Positions 19,764 through 31,341 of a DNA stretch of 64,000 nt are shown here, one piece after another; position 1 is the stretch's first letter; each line of letters opens with the position of its first letter. This DNA is from an uncultured Alphaproteobacteria bacterium (GTDB taxonomy: Bacteria; Pseudomonadota; Alphaproteobacteria; CAAHEQ01; UBA3637): NCBI GenBank assembly GCA_944392785.1, contig CALXXW010000013.1, positions 52,903 to 116,902 of the forward strand. Reading direction: 5' to 3'. A program made the translations under genes and the position numbers. The notes under the pieces were generated by a model. It ran no database searches. It was not told the origin of the DNA and was given only the letters and a program-made list of their open reading frames with translations.

Positions 19764-20973
19764 AGATGATTTTCCCTTGTTGAAAAATAATCCGTTGATT
19801 TATTTGGATACGGCGGCTTCAGCACAAAAGCCGGTTTGTGTACTTCAGACAATGGATAACTTTTATCGGAACTTTTATGCGAATGTTCATCGAGGACAGT
19901 GTGATATTGCGGTTCAAGCAACTGAGGCTTATGAAACGGCTCGACAAACGGTGGCTCAGTTTATCGGCGCGACACCTTCCGATATTGTTTTTACAAAAAG
20001 CGCCACAGAAGCTATCAATTTGGTTGCCAATAGTTATGCTTGGACATTGAAGGCGGGAGATGAGGTTCTTATTTCCATTGCTGAGCATCATGCCAATTTT
20101 GTTCCCTGGCAACAGGCTTGCCTGAAAAGTGGGGCGACATTAAAAATAGCTGGTATTTTACCTGATGGAACGCTGGATATGACGGATTTTAATATGAAAT
20201 TAAGTCCTCGAACAAAAGTTGTGGCTTTAACGCATATTTCCAATGTATTAGGGACGATCAATCCGATTGAACAGGCTATACAGGCAGCCCATCGTGTTGG
20301 CGCACGTATCTTGATTGATGCTTCACAGAGTGTTGCTCATCTTCCGATAGATGTCTCTGTCTTGAAATGTGATTTTTTAGCTTTTTCAGGGCACAAAATC
20401 TATGGACCGACAGGAATTGGTGTTCTTTACGGACAGGCTGATGCCCTCAAAGAATTACAACCCTATCAATATGGAGGGGATATGATTAAAGAGGTCTTTG
20501 TGGACAAGACAACGTTTGCGGAACCGCCCGCCTGTTTTGAAGCCGGAACGCCTCCGATTGCAGAGGCTTTAGGATTAGCGGCAGCTCTGGAATATATTCA
20601 TCATATTGGCTTTAAAAAAATACAAGAGCACGATCAAGTTTTATCTTCCTGTGCCCTTTCGGGACTTGAGAATTTTCCCAACGGGGATATTTTAGGAAAA
20701 AGTCATTCAAAAACAGGGTTGGTTTCCTTTAATATCAAAGGCATACATCCATCTGATCTTGCTTTTATATTGGCCAAAGAGAATATTTGTGTGCGAGTAG
20801 GGCACCATTGTGCCATGCCTTTGCATCAAGCTTTGGGACACCCTCTGTCTTTACGTATTTCTTTTGGCATTTATAATACACAAACGGATGTGCAGGTGTT
20901 TTTAGAAGCGCTTCAAAAAGCCGTATCTTTTTTTAAAAAGGACATGTTATGGACATCGAACATTATGAGATAG
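19756..20973 (+). CDS. sufS: Cysteine desulfurase SufS
   Basis: YLDTAASAQKP, EHHAN.VPW, FSGHK.YGPTG, RVGHHCA motifs. Confidence 0.96.
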   Translation: MYKDDFPLLKNNPLIYLDTAASAQKPVCVLQTMDNFYRNFYANVHRGQCDIAVQATEAYETARQTVAQFIGATPSDIVFTKSATEAINLVANSYAWTLKAGDEVLISIAEHHANFVPWQQACLKSGATLKIAGILPDGTLDMTDFNMKLSPRTKVVALTHISNVLGTINPIEQAIQAAHRVGARILIDASQSVAHLPIDVSVLKCDFLAFSGHKIYGPTGIGVLYGQADALKELQPYQYGGDMIKEVFVDKTTFAEPPACFEAGTPPIAEALGLAAALEYIHHIGFKKIQEHDQVLSSCALSGLENFPNGDILGKSHSKTGLVSFNIKGIHPSDLAFILAKENICVRVGHHCAMPLHQALGHPLSLRISFGIYNTQTDVQVFLEALQKAVSFFKKDMLWTSNIMR

Positions 20974-21347
20974 AAGTTCCTTTAAATCCCTTAGAAACAC
21001 AGGATTATAAAGCGACCGCCGGTCAACCGCTGGAATCAGAGACTCCTCACGCAACTCAAGAGGATATTATTTCGGCCTTAAAATCTGTTCAAGATCCTGA
21101 ATTGATGCTTAATGTATATGAGTTGGGGTTAATTTATGATATGCGACAAGAGGCGAATGGAGATGTATTCATCTTGATGACTCTTACCTCTCCCACATGC
21201 CCTATGGCAGGAGAGATGCCGCATATGGTCGCACTTGCCGTTGCCTCTGTTCCGGGAGTGGGACGAGTGACAGTTGAGCTGACTTTTGACCCCCCGTGGA
21301 CAATAGATCGATTATCCGAGGAAATCCGACTCTTGATGGGGATCTAA
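20949..21347 (+). CDS. sufT: DUF59/SufT Fe-S assembly protein
   Basis: DPE...NVYELGLIY, MTLTSPTCP, LTFDPPW motifs. Confidence 0.9.
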   Translation: MDIEHYEIEVPLNPLETQDYKATAGQPLESETPHATQEDIISALKSVQDPELMLNVYELGLIYDMRQEANGDVFILMTLTSPTCPMAGEMPHMVALAVASVPGVGRVTVELTFDPPWTIDRLSEEIRLLMGI

Positions 21348-21872
21348 ATAGACGGTTCGAGGCTCTGACGATGTTGAAGTGCCTGGCTTGTCAGAAGTGG
21401 TTGAATCCTTTTCTTCCTGAGCAATCAATGTTTTTAAAAGATTTAAAATCGTTTTAGCCATACCGGCATTTTTTATCTTTTGGTATAAACGAGCAACTTC
21501 AAAAGCATCTGCCGTCAGCCCCATAAATGTCATATGCAGGGATGAATCGAAAAATCTTTTGCCCGTGATATGCATGGGGCTTTGGGCTTCAGTTTCCTTA
21601 GCCATCCCATCATAGAAAAAGTCAATAGGGACGTTCAGAACTTGCGATAAATCCCAAAGACGGCTGGCTCCGATACGATTAAGCCCTTTTTCATACTTTT
21701 GAACCTGTTGAAATGTCAAGCCTAATTTTTTAGCCAATTCTTCTTGGCTCATTTTATTGATTTGTCGACCAAAACGAACACGTGATCCCACATAGGCATC
21801 TACCGGATTAGGAGTGCCGTCAGACAAACGACCACGAACGGTTCCCATTTTCTTTTCTGCTTTTTCTTTCAT
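21312..21872 (-). CDS. XRE-family helix-turn-helix regulator
   Basis: PNPVD..VG.RVR, SQEELA..LGLTFQQVQKYEKG.NRIGASRL. Start set at MKEKAE (21872) after a GGAG RBS. Confidence 0.9.
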   Translation of the reverse strand: MKEKAEKKMGTVRGRLSDGTPNPVDAYVGSRVRFGRQINKMSQEELAKKLGLTFQQVQKYEKGLNRIGASRLWDLSQVLNVPIDFFYDGMAKETEAQSPMHITGKRFFDSSLHMTFMGLTADAFEVARLYQKIKNAGMAKTILNLLKTLIAQEEKDSTTSDKPGTSTSSEPRTVYLDPHQESDFLG

Positions 21873-22032
21873 TTCTCCCTCCTGCAAAATACAACTATTA
21901 GTTTTGTTTATGAGGACATGATACATATAACCATATGTTTTGTCAAATGAAATTATCACTTTTGGGAATATTCTTTCGAATACAAGAATATATTCCTATA
22001 AAATCAATGCGATGAGAACAGCGGAATCCTGA

Positions 22033-23049
22033 TTAGACAATCACATTTTGAGGCTTTTTTTCCAAAAACAACCGTATATTTTCAAGTGTTGTAGCGTTAA
22101 TGCGTGAAATAGCATCTATGGAATTAAAGGCAATATGAGGTGTTGCGATAACATTACGAAACTGCAATAGTTTAAGATTCATCGCTGAGTCTAATAAAAA
22201 GGCGCTATCTTTCATATGCGGAGCCGTTGCGACTTCATCATGAAGCAAAAAATCTTCATTTTCCAAAACATCCAGGCCTGCCGCACCGACTTTACCGCTT
22301 TTTAAGGCCTGATAAAGTGCTTGGGTATCAATTAAATCTCCGCGAGCGGTGTTAATAATAATGACTCCTTTTTTCATCAAGCGAAAAGCTTCTTCATCTA
22401 GCAAGTGAAAATTCTCCGGCGTTGAGGGGATATGAAGAGAGATAATATCGGCTCTTTTAAAGATGCTTTTTAAATCTCTTGCATAGAACTTTTTTAAATC
22501 TGCGGCCGGGTATTTGTCAAAAGCCAAAACTTTCATGTTAAATCCTTGCGCCAACTGTATCATATGCCGCCCAATAGAGCCTGTTCCAATGATACCAATG
22601 GTCTTTCCCTGTAAATCGTAGCCCATATAATTGGACATTTCAATGCGGTTATGGGCCATATCGTTTTTCGCACGAATAATTTGGCGAGCCAAAGCCAATA
22701 AAAGGCCAAAAGCAAACTCAGCCACTGTGGCTTCTCCATATTTGGGAACGTTGACAACCGTAATGCCGCGTCGTTTACAATACTCTAAATCGATATGATT
22801 GACCCCGGTGGAGCGTGTCGCAATCAACTTGAGAGAGGGAAATAGATCTAAACGTTCATTTAATACGACTTCAGAATGCGTAAATAATGAAATGATCTCT
22901 ACATCTCGATAGGGCTCCACTTTATTCAAAGGGGCCGTGTTTAAACTCTCTCTAAAGAAAACAGGGGTCACTTCAGATACGGGGTGCTTCCGAATAAAGT
23001 GGGTCAGTAAAGAATCTGAATCAAAAAATAAAATTTGCTGTGTCATCAT
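22033..23049 (-). CDS. D-lactate / D-2-hydroxyacid dehydrogenase
   Basis: TRSTG.NHID, VAEF, GIIGTGSIG, INTARG, GLDVLE.E, TPHIAF motifs. Confidence 0.9.
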   Translation of the reverse strand: MMTQQILFFDSDSLLTHFIRKHPVSEVTPVFFRESLNTAPLNKVEPYRDVEIISLFTHSEVVLNERLDLFPSLKLIATRSTGVNHIDLEYCKRRGITVVNVPKYGEATVAEFAFGLLLALARQIIRAKNDMAHNRIEMSNYMGYDLQGKTIGIIGTGSIGRHMIQLAQGFNMKVLAFDKYPAADLKKFYARDLKSIFKRADIISLHIPSTPENFHLLDEEAFRLMKKGVIIINTARGDLIDTQALYQALKSGKVGAAGLDVLENEDFLLHDEVATAPHMKDSAFLLDSAMNLKLLQFRNVIATPHIAFNSIDAISRINATTLENIRLFLEKKPQNVIV

Positions 23050-23115
23050 AACTCTCCTTTAATGATATTGTAATACAGATAGAGAGAATCTATCAAAAAT
23101 GCAAGTAAAAAAGGC

Positions 23116-23961
23116 TTATTTCATCAATAAGCCTAAGATTTTTATAAGTTCAGACCGTAATTTCTTTCGATGAACGACCTGATCCAACATACCATGCTCT
23201 AACAGATAGCTTGCTTTTTGGAAGTTGGGTGGTAATTTTTCACGAATGGTTTGCTCAATAACGCGTGCTCCGGCAAAGCCGATAACAGAACCAGGTTCTG
23301 CCAAGGTAATATCACCCAACATAGCAAAGGAAGCCGTCACACCTCCTGTTGTCGGATCCGTCAAAACCGTAATGTATGGGAGTTTTTTCTTCTTCAGTTT
23401 TTTGACAGCCACGGTGGTGCGCGCCATCTGCATCAAGGATAAGATTCCCTCTTGCATACGAGCTCCTCCCGATGCGGGGATTAAGATGAGAGCTGCCTCC
23501 TGTAAATCCGCTAGATGGGCTGCCATCACAATCGCTTCCCCCACATACGTTCCCATAGAGCCTCCCATAAAACTAAAATCAAACACACCGATAACGGCAT
23601 TTTTTCCACCGATTTTCCCGTGTGCTACGATAATAGCATCGTCATTTTTAGTCTTTTTACGCGCCTCTTTCAAACGATCGGTATACTTTTTAAGATCAGC
23701 AAATTTTAACGGATCCTCTTTAACTTTTGGCAGTTGGATCAGCGTATACTCATGGTTATCAAACAGCATATCCAGACGCTTGAGAGAGGGAAGACGAAAG
23801 TGATGGTCACATCGTGGACAAACGAAATCTGATTTCGTAATCTCCGAATGAAAAAGCATCGCTCCGCAATCGGGGCATCTGTCCCAAAAATTATCGGGAA
23901 TATCCTTGTGAATATTAACCTTTTTAACGGTTGGGCGTGTTAAGTTGGTAATCCAGTTCAT
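23116..23961 (-). CDS. accD: Acetyl-CoA carboxylase carboxyltransferase beta subunit
   Basis: C4 zinc finger, FMGGSMG, SGGARMQEG, PTTGGVTASFA motifs. Confidence 0.97.
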   Translation of the reverse strand: MNWITNLTRPTVKKVNIHKDIPDNFWDRCPDCGAMLFHSEITKSDFVCPRCDHHFRLPSLKRLDMLFDNHEYTLIQLPKVKEDPLKFADLKKYTDRLKEARKKTKNDDAIIVAHGKIGGKNAVIGVFDFSFMGGSMGTYVGEAIVMAAHLADLQEAALILIPASGGARMQEGILSLMQMARTTVAVKKLKKKKLPYITVLTDPTTGGVTASFAMLGDITLAEPGSVIGFAGARVIEQTIREKLPPNFQKASYLLEHGMLDQVVHRKKLRSELIKILGLLMK

Positions 23962-23967
23962 GGTTTT

Positions 23968-24255
23968 CTAAGCGCTTTTTCTACCGTTTAAGGCATCATT
24001 AACATTTTTGCCTGCTTTAAAGAAAGGAATCTTTTTGGCGGCGACCTGAACATGGGCTCCCGTTTTGGGGTTTCTTCCCATGCGTGCGTGACGTTCACGA
24101 ACGGACAAAACACCAAAGCCACGCAACTCGACACGATTGCCCTTGACTAAAGCTTTGGTAATTTCATCAAAGACGGTTGTCACCAAACGATCTGCATCAG
24201 CTCGAGTCAGTTTTGTTTGTTTCGCGATTTTAGAGATTAATTCTGATTTAATCAT
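23968..24255 (-). CDS. ihfB: Integration host factor beta subunit
   Basis: MIKSELI, RVELRGFG, R.GRNPKTG, P.FKAGK motifs. Confidence 0.88.
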   Translation of the reverse strand: MIKSELISKIAKQTKLTRADADRLVTTVFDEITKALVKGNRVELRGFGVLSVRERHARMGRNPKTGAHVQVAAKKIPFFKAGKNVNDALNGRKSA

Positions 24256-24337
24256 ATTTTTTCCTTTCTTTTATGTTGGTCTGATAAGGTTGTTTTACTC
24301 GTTTTTTTGATAATTGTCAAGCAGTGTCATCAAATCT

Positions 24338-25228
24338 TCATTTTTTATCTTTCTTTTTCATGCTTTCAGCTCCGGAGACAATATCAATCAATTCATCCGT
24401 AATTGACGTCTGACGTAATTGCTGATAAGTTAGGTTCATTTCCTCCAAAGAAGCATCTATATTCTGTTCCGCTTGTTGCATATTTACCATGCGTGTATAG
24501 TGTTCCGAGGCTAAAGAGGCCGTTAATCCTTGAGCTAAAATAACGGTTAAATACTCATTAATTAAGGCACTAAACAGTTTTTCTCTTTCGGCCGTAATCA
24601 ACGGCAAACTTTTTCCTTCCCATTTATGGTGCTTGAGCTCTTGCAGATCCGTATAGGGTAGGGGCATCAGTTGTCGCATCTCGACATGCTGAACCATTCC
24701 GCTTTGACGATATGTATAAAAAACAAACACTTGTTCAATTTGCTGTTTAGCAATAATATCGTTTAATTTCATCAAAACCATGGCAGCGACTGTGGCAATT
24801 TCCTTTAAAGAATTTGAAATGGCATATGTTGCCGCAATAGGTAATTTTTGAGTTTCTGCCATAAGCCCCATGCGCTTCCCAACGCATAAAAAACAAGCAT
24901 CGGATAACAGATTCCGTTCTGCCAGAGTATTCTTAGCCGTAGTCATCACATCTCTGTTAAAACGTCCCACCAACCCATTATCCGAACCAATCACGATAGC
25001 CACTGTCTTTGGGTGAGGGGTCTTTATCGGTTGAGGCGTATAGAAAAAAGCATCGTTTTGTAATAATCCCTGAAACCCCTCACGAATGGTTTGTGCGTAT
25101 GCATTTAAAGAGACCAAAGCCCGTTCATATTGCCCGACACTGACCGAAGAAAGCATTTTCATCGTGCTGACAATATCGCGTAAATCGGTTGTTGTTTTAA
25201 TACGTTTGTTTAAGGCTTCTAGACTCAT
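24338..25228 (-). CDS. atpG: N-ATPase gamma subunit
   Basis: IV.TMK.LS, GSD.GLVG.FN, ASEH..RM..MQ.A..NI, RQ.SIT.EL.DIVSG motifs. Confidence 0.93.
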   Translation of the reverse strand: MSLEALNKRIKTTTDLRDIVSTMKMLSSVSVGQYERALVSLNAYAQTIREGFQGLLQNDAFFYTPQPIKTPHPKTVAIVIGSDNGLVGRFNRDVMTTAKNTLAERNLLSDACFLCVGKRMGLMAETQKLPIAATYAISNSLKEIATVAAMVLMKLNDIIAKQQIEQVFVFYTYRQSGMVQHVEMRQLMPLPYTDLQELKHHKWEGKSLPLITAEREKLFSALINEYLTVILAQGLTASLASEHYTRMVNMQQAEQNIDASLEEMNLTYQQLRQTSITDELIDIVSGAESMKKKDKK

Positions 25229-26751
25229 TCTATTTTAAACACCTTTCCTTTTTCCAAAGCCTTTTTGAAAGCGTTAATCAGGCGTTGTTGCTCTTCAGGG
25301 GTTAATTTTTTACGTTCCTCTTCAACGGCTTTCACAAGTTGGGGGAATTGCTGAGCCAAGGTTTTTGCAATAATCTCTTGAGCCAGGGTAAATTTATCTT
25401 CAGCGACACCATCCAATAGCCCGCTGTTTGTTGCCAGGAAAATAGCAACCTGTTGTGCTGCCGGCATCGGATGATACTGAACCTGTTCCATCACGGCGCG
25501 AATAGCACGCCCGCGATTGAGACGTTGAACGGTTTCCGTATCTAATTGTGTACCGAATTTTGCAAATGACTCTAATTCTTCAAACTGTGAAAAGAAGAGC
25601 TTTAACGGGCCAACAAGGCTTCGGTAGGCCGGCAGCTGGGCATCTCCACCGACACGAGAAACAGAGCGGCCTGTATCAATCGCCGGCAAAATCCCCTTCT
25701 GAAAAAGAGAGGTAGATAAATAAATTTGTCCATCCGTAATCGATATGATGTTGGTTGGAATATAAGCCGATATATTTCCAGCTTCGGTCGACACAATCGG
25801 TAAAGCCGTCAATGATCCACCGCCAAATTCTGGTCGCAAATGTGTCGAGCGCTCCAGCAAACGTGAGTGAATGTAGAAAATATCTCCCGGAAAAGCTTCT
25901 CGTCCCGGTGGTGTCCGGAGTAATAGGGACATTTGACGATAAGCTCGTGCATGTGCCGTCAAATCGTCATAAACAATCAGAACGTCTTTTCCTCTGGCCA
26001 TGAACCACTCTCCGATTGACGTTGCCGCATAAGGAGCAATATACTGCATACCGGCTTCATCATCGCCCGAGGCAACAACCACAATGGTATTGTTCATAAC
26101 GCCATATTTTTCCAGATCGGCGATAACCCGTGCCGTATTTGATGCCCGCTGTCCTATTGAACAATAAATGGATATGACACCTGTGTCTTTCTGATTAATC
26201 ATCGTATCCAAAGCAATCGCTGTTTTCCCTGTTTGGCGGTCACCCAGAATTAATTCACGCTGTCCTCGGCCGATGGGGGTGAAAGAATCGATTGCTTTTA
26301 ATCCTGTTTGCAAGGGGGTATCAACGGGGGCTCGATGCATGATAGGGGCGGCTTCTCGTTCAACCGGCAAAGTTTCTGTGGTTGCCAAAGGTCCTTTGTT
26401 ATCCAGCGGTTGACCCAAAGGGTTAATAACACGTCCCAACAGCGCCTCTCCGACAGGTACATCCAAGACGCGATGCGTGCGTTTGGCTTGATCGCCGGCC
26501 TTGAGTGTATCGGCATTCGTTAAAAAAACGATACCGACTTTATCAGCCGACAAAGTCTGAACCATACCGATGACATTATTTTTAAACGTTAACAGTTCAT
26601 TCATTTTAACTTTTGACAGACCTGATACTTCGGCTGTTCCTGAAGAAATAGAAATAATCGTACTTGTTTCAGAAACATTCAAGTCCATTTTCGTTTTTTT
26701 CAATGCCTCTGTAATGACTTTATCTGCTTCTTTTGATGCTTTTTTTAACAT
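25225..26751 (-). CDS. atpA: N-ATPase alpha subunit
   Basis: GRGQRELILGDRQTGKT, PPGREAFPGDIFY.HSRLLER, SVSRVGG motifs. Confidence 0.97.
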   Translation of the reverse strand: MLKKASKEADKVITEALKKTKMDLNVSETSTIISISSGTAEVSGLSKVKMNELLTFKNNVIGMVQTLSADKVGIVFLTNADTLKAGDQAKRTHRVLDVPVGEALLGRVINPLGQPLDNKGPLATTETLPVEREAAPIMHRAPVDTPLQTGLKAIDSFTPIGRGQRELILGDRQTGKTAIALDTMINQKDTGVISIYCSIGQRASNTARVIADLEKYGVMNNTIVVVASGDDEAGMQYIAPYAATSIGEWFMARGKDVLIVYDDLTAHARAYRQMSLLLRTPPGREAFPGDIFYIHSRLLERSTHLRPEFGGGSLTALPIVSTEAGNISAYIPTNIISITDGQIYLSTSLFQKGILPAIDTGRSVSRVGGDAQLPAYRSLVGPLKLFFSQFEELESFAKFGTQLDTETVQRLNRGRAIRAVMEQVQYHPMPAAQQVAIFLATNSGLLDGVAEDKFTLAQEIIAKTLAQQFPQLVKAVEEERKKLTPEEQQRLINAFKKALEKGKVFKIE

Positions 26752-26755
26752 CCTT

Positions 26756-27526
26756 TTACTCCTTTACAATCAATCCGGCCAAAGAATTGTTTAAATTTGT
26801 TTCCAACTCGGTCAAATAAGATTTTAAATGCCATTCTAAATTCGTTTCTCCCATTCGAACCTCCAGCCCTAAGATGAGCTCTTTATCAACAGAAAAACGA
26901 ACAATAGCCGTTTCCGTTTTAAACATCGACGACAAGAACTTTTTCAGTGCTGCTTGTTCTTTAGGTGCCAAAGTATCCGAAGAGATGACCTCAATCAATT
27001 TTGTTTTTTTGAGAGTTGCATTCATATCCGCAATATCCTTTTTGGGCAGAGCAGATACTTTTTTTTGGAAAAGCAACAGAGCTTGAGCCAATGGCGCTAA
27101 TCCTGACAATTCCGAAATAACCGTATTTGTTAAACGCAGAAAATGATCCGCCATCAAATTACGGATTTCCAGCTGAGCCGATTGTACCTCACGGTTAAGA
27201 TCGCTTTGTGTTTTGGCGCGCAAAGTGGCGATAGCTGCCATAACATCGGCTGTTTGCTGTTGCTTTAGATGTTCTACTTCCTTTTCAATGTCGGCCAGAC
27301 GAGTCGCTCGTGTTTCTTCAAAAATTTCGGCCTCACGAGATAATTCCTCGCGTTGTTTCTGAGCTGCTTCATACTCAGCCGCGGCTTTTTTGACCTTTCC
27401 CTCGATATAGGCTTGGCGTTTCGTAATAGCGTTAATAATGGGATGGTATAAGAAACGCTTTAACAGCCAAACCAACACGAATAGGTTAAGAATTTGGGCG
27501 ATAAATGTGACCCAACTGAATCCCAT
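26756..27526 (-). CDS. atpF: N-ATPase b subunit with fused delta-like C-terminus
   Basis: W.TFIAQI.N..VLVWLLKRFLY.PI...I..R N-terminus; ELILGLE...W.L.SYL C-terminus. Confidence 0.92.
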   Translation of the reverse strand: MGFSWVTFIAQILNLFVLVWLLKRFLYHPIINAITKRQAYIEGKVKKAAAEYEAAQKQREELSREAEIFEETRATRLADIEKEVEHLKQQQTADVMAAIATLRAKTQSDLNREVQSAQLEIRNLMADHFLRLTNTVISELSGLAPLAQALLLFQKKVSALPKKDIADMNATLKKTKLIEVISSDTLAPKEQAALKKFLSSMFKTETAIVRFSVDKELILGLEVRMGETNLEWHLKSYLTELETNLNNSLAGLIVKE

Positions 27527-27544
27527 GATTCACTCCTTTAACAA

Positions 27545-27823
27545 TCACTGAGCCGCCATTTCAACAGCATAATTCCAAAACGGATTAAAATATAAAATCA
27601 AAACAGTCACCACAAAAGCGTAAATAGCTGTTGATTCAACCATAGCCATTGAAACGAAAAGAGTTCGCGTAATGGTGTTGGCTTCGTCAGGTTGTTGTGC
27701 GATGGCACGCAAAGCGCTGGCAGCCGCTTGTCCTTCCCCCAAACCGGGGCCAATACCGCCGATTGAAATACAAAGGCCTGCTGATAAAACTGACATTGCG
27801 CCGATAAGTGTAATTGGATCCAT
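27545..27823 (-). CDS. atpE: N-ATPase c subunit, Na+-binding type
   Basis: GPGLGEG, AQQPD, AMVESTAIY, NPFW motifs. Confidence 0.95.
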   Translation of the reverse strand: MDPITLIGAMSVLSAGLCISIGGIGPGLGEGQAAASALRAIAQQPDEANTITRTLFVSMAMVESTAIYAFVVTVLILYFNPFWNYAVEMAAQ

Positions 27824-27835
27824 TTTTTCCTCCTT

Positions 27836-28720
27836 TTAATAAGTTATTGTATCTATAAACGGTTTTTGCGGCGCAACTGCGGATACATACACAATTGCGA
27901 GCAAGGCGAAGATATATGCTTGAATCGTTCCGGTAATCAGACTTAAAATCTGCAAAGGCAAAGGAATCAAGAAAGGTGCTAACATCATTAAGATAGATGC
28001 TATAATCGCACCGCTCAGCATATTTCCATACAAACGAAATGCCAATGAAAAAGTTGATGAAAAATCGCTTAGAACATTTAAAGGCAACATAATGGGGGTC
28101 GGATCAATATATTTTTTTAAATACCCGAGTAAACCTGCGTTCTTGATACCATAAATCGGCATAGCCAAGAAAACACAAAACGCAAAAGCAGCCGTGGTAG
28201 ATAAAGAGGCTGTCGGTGCCTGAAAAGAGGGAATAATAGTCAGTAAATTACTGAGCGCAATAAATAAAAAGAATGTTCCCATCATCGGTAGATAACGAGC
28301 CGGATCATCCCCACTGACATCCTTAATCTGTGATCGAATAGTCATCACAATCATTTCTAAAGCCGTTTGAAGCGGAGAAACCCGTAAGGTTGACCTCAAG
28401 CCTCGCGTCATTAACCACGAAACAAATACTAAAACACCCATCACTAACCAGGAATAAAAAACCGTCGCCCCTATCGGAATTGAAAAAAGCGTCAAGACAA
28501 TATCATTGTCTATATTACCCAGCGATAGTCCGCTTGGCTTTTCCCCTATATAAAAAGCGCTCCACCAGGCCGATATAACCAGGACACCTATGAATAGCCG
28601 CCCCAGACGACTTCGCAGCCAACAACATCCCAGCACGATAAAGATCAAGGCAGCAACCAAGGATAACACAATCTCTCCCGAGACGGAATAAGAGCCCAGA
28701 TGTATTTCTGCATTAAACAC
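27836..28720 (-). CDS. atpB: N-ATPase a subunit
   Basis: PTASLSTT, PTPIMLP.N, SLAFRLYGN, G.IQAYIF..LA.VY motifs. Confidence 0.93.
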   Translation of the reverse strand: MFNAEIHLGSYSVSGEIVLSLVAALIFIVLGCCWLRSRLGRLFIGVLVISAWWSAFYIGEKPSGLSLGNIDNDIVLTLFSIPIGATVFYSWLVMGVLVFVSWLMTRGLRSTLRVSPLQTALEMIVMTIRSQIKDVSGDDPARYLPMMGTFFLFIALSNLLTIIPSFQAPTASLSTTAAFAFCVFLAMPIYGIKNAGLLGYLKKYIDPTPIMLPLNVLSDFSSTFSLAFRLYGNMLSGAIIASILMMLAPFLIPLPLQILSLITGTIQAYIFALLAIVYVSAVAPQKPFIDTITY

Positions 28721-29102
28721 TATTTTTCCCTTTTTTATTAGAAGATAATTTTTTGTTTTTCATCTTTTTGTTTAACTTATTTTTAGTGCTTTTTTGAGCA
28801 AACTCTGCTTGATTGACAGTATCTTTTTTGACAAAGCTGAGAACAATGCGGCGCATAACCAAGGCCGCTAAGATCGTTAGCAAGAATTTACCGGCGTGGT
28901 CACCCGCAACCAATAGAGCCGCAAAAATCAATAAGAATAACCGTAAGACGGCTGAAGCAAACAAGAAAGCCCCCCTATGTTTAACACGGGGTAAAATTTG
29001 GATTGTTTGCCAAAGTAAATAGAGGTAAATGAGTCCCAATACGGCTCCGGCCAAGACCGGCCCCCACATCTCTGACACTGGAATATATAAAAGATGATTC
29101 AT
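28713..29102 (-). CDS. atpR: N-ATPase AtpR subunit
   Basis: G..LG..YL..LW.T, S..LR, ..RR hydrophobic pattern; position between atpQ and atpB. Confidence 0.8.
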   Translation of the reverse strand: MNHLLYIPVSEMWGPVLAGAVLGLIYLYLLWQTIQILPRVKHRGAFLFASAVLRLFLLIFAALLVAGDHAGKFLLTILAALVMRRIVLSFVKKDTVNQAEFAQKSTKNKLNKKMKNKKLSSNKKGKNSV

Positions 29103-29405
29103 TTTTTTATACCTTTTTCCTTTTTCTTTTTAACAATAATCCCTTCTTTTGTCAGCCATCGATTGGCGTTTAAAATACCGATGATGAAACCTATCAGAAT
29201 AAAATTTAAGGTCCAAGAAACAGACTCTATCGGGACTTCTTTATCCAAAAATAACCCCAACATAACGCCTAAAAGAACAGGGACAGCCATCTGCCAACCA
29301 TAAACACCCAATTGAGCCGCATTCAGAGTCAAATGACGATATTGACGATTATTTAAGGCCTTAGCTTTCTGTATCAAGACTCTGGCCGTTTTCCGATTTT
29401 CCTGA

Positions 29406-29419
<14 letters not shown>
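29099..29419 (-). CDS. atpQ: N-ATPase AtpQ (AtpZ/AtpI-like) subunit
   Basis: G..GWQ.AVP.LLG..LG..LD, SWTL..I..G...G..NA.RW motifs. Confidence 0.85.
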
Positions 29420-31237
<1,818 letters not shown>

Positions 31238-31253
31238 TCAATCTGCTTCTTTC

Positions 31254-31281
31254 TTTATAGAAGCTCTTTTTTTTAGGTCAA
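31254..31281 (-). promoter_or_regulatory. Putative promoter of the N-ATPase operon
   Basis: Minus strand TTGACC-16 bp-TATAAA upstream of atpD. Confidence 0.45.
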
Positions 31282-31324
31282 GAAAAAAAACAAAAAGGCG
31301 CCCAATTTTCACATGGGCGTCTTT
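31282..31324 (-). terminator. Terminator after tyrS
   Basis: AAAGGCGCCCA-9 nt-TGGGCGTCTTT stem-loop with a long T tail on the minus strand. Confidence 0.7.
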
Positions 31325-31341
31325 AAAAAGAAGTGGATACA

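Noticed and set aside
21312-21347. Convergent 3' overlap of sufT and the XRE gene (likewise trmFO and the TPR gene)
   Set aside because: Short tail overlaps are common in compact genomes; no evidence of function.
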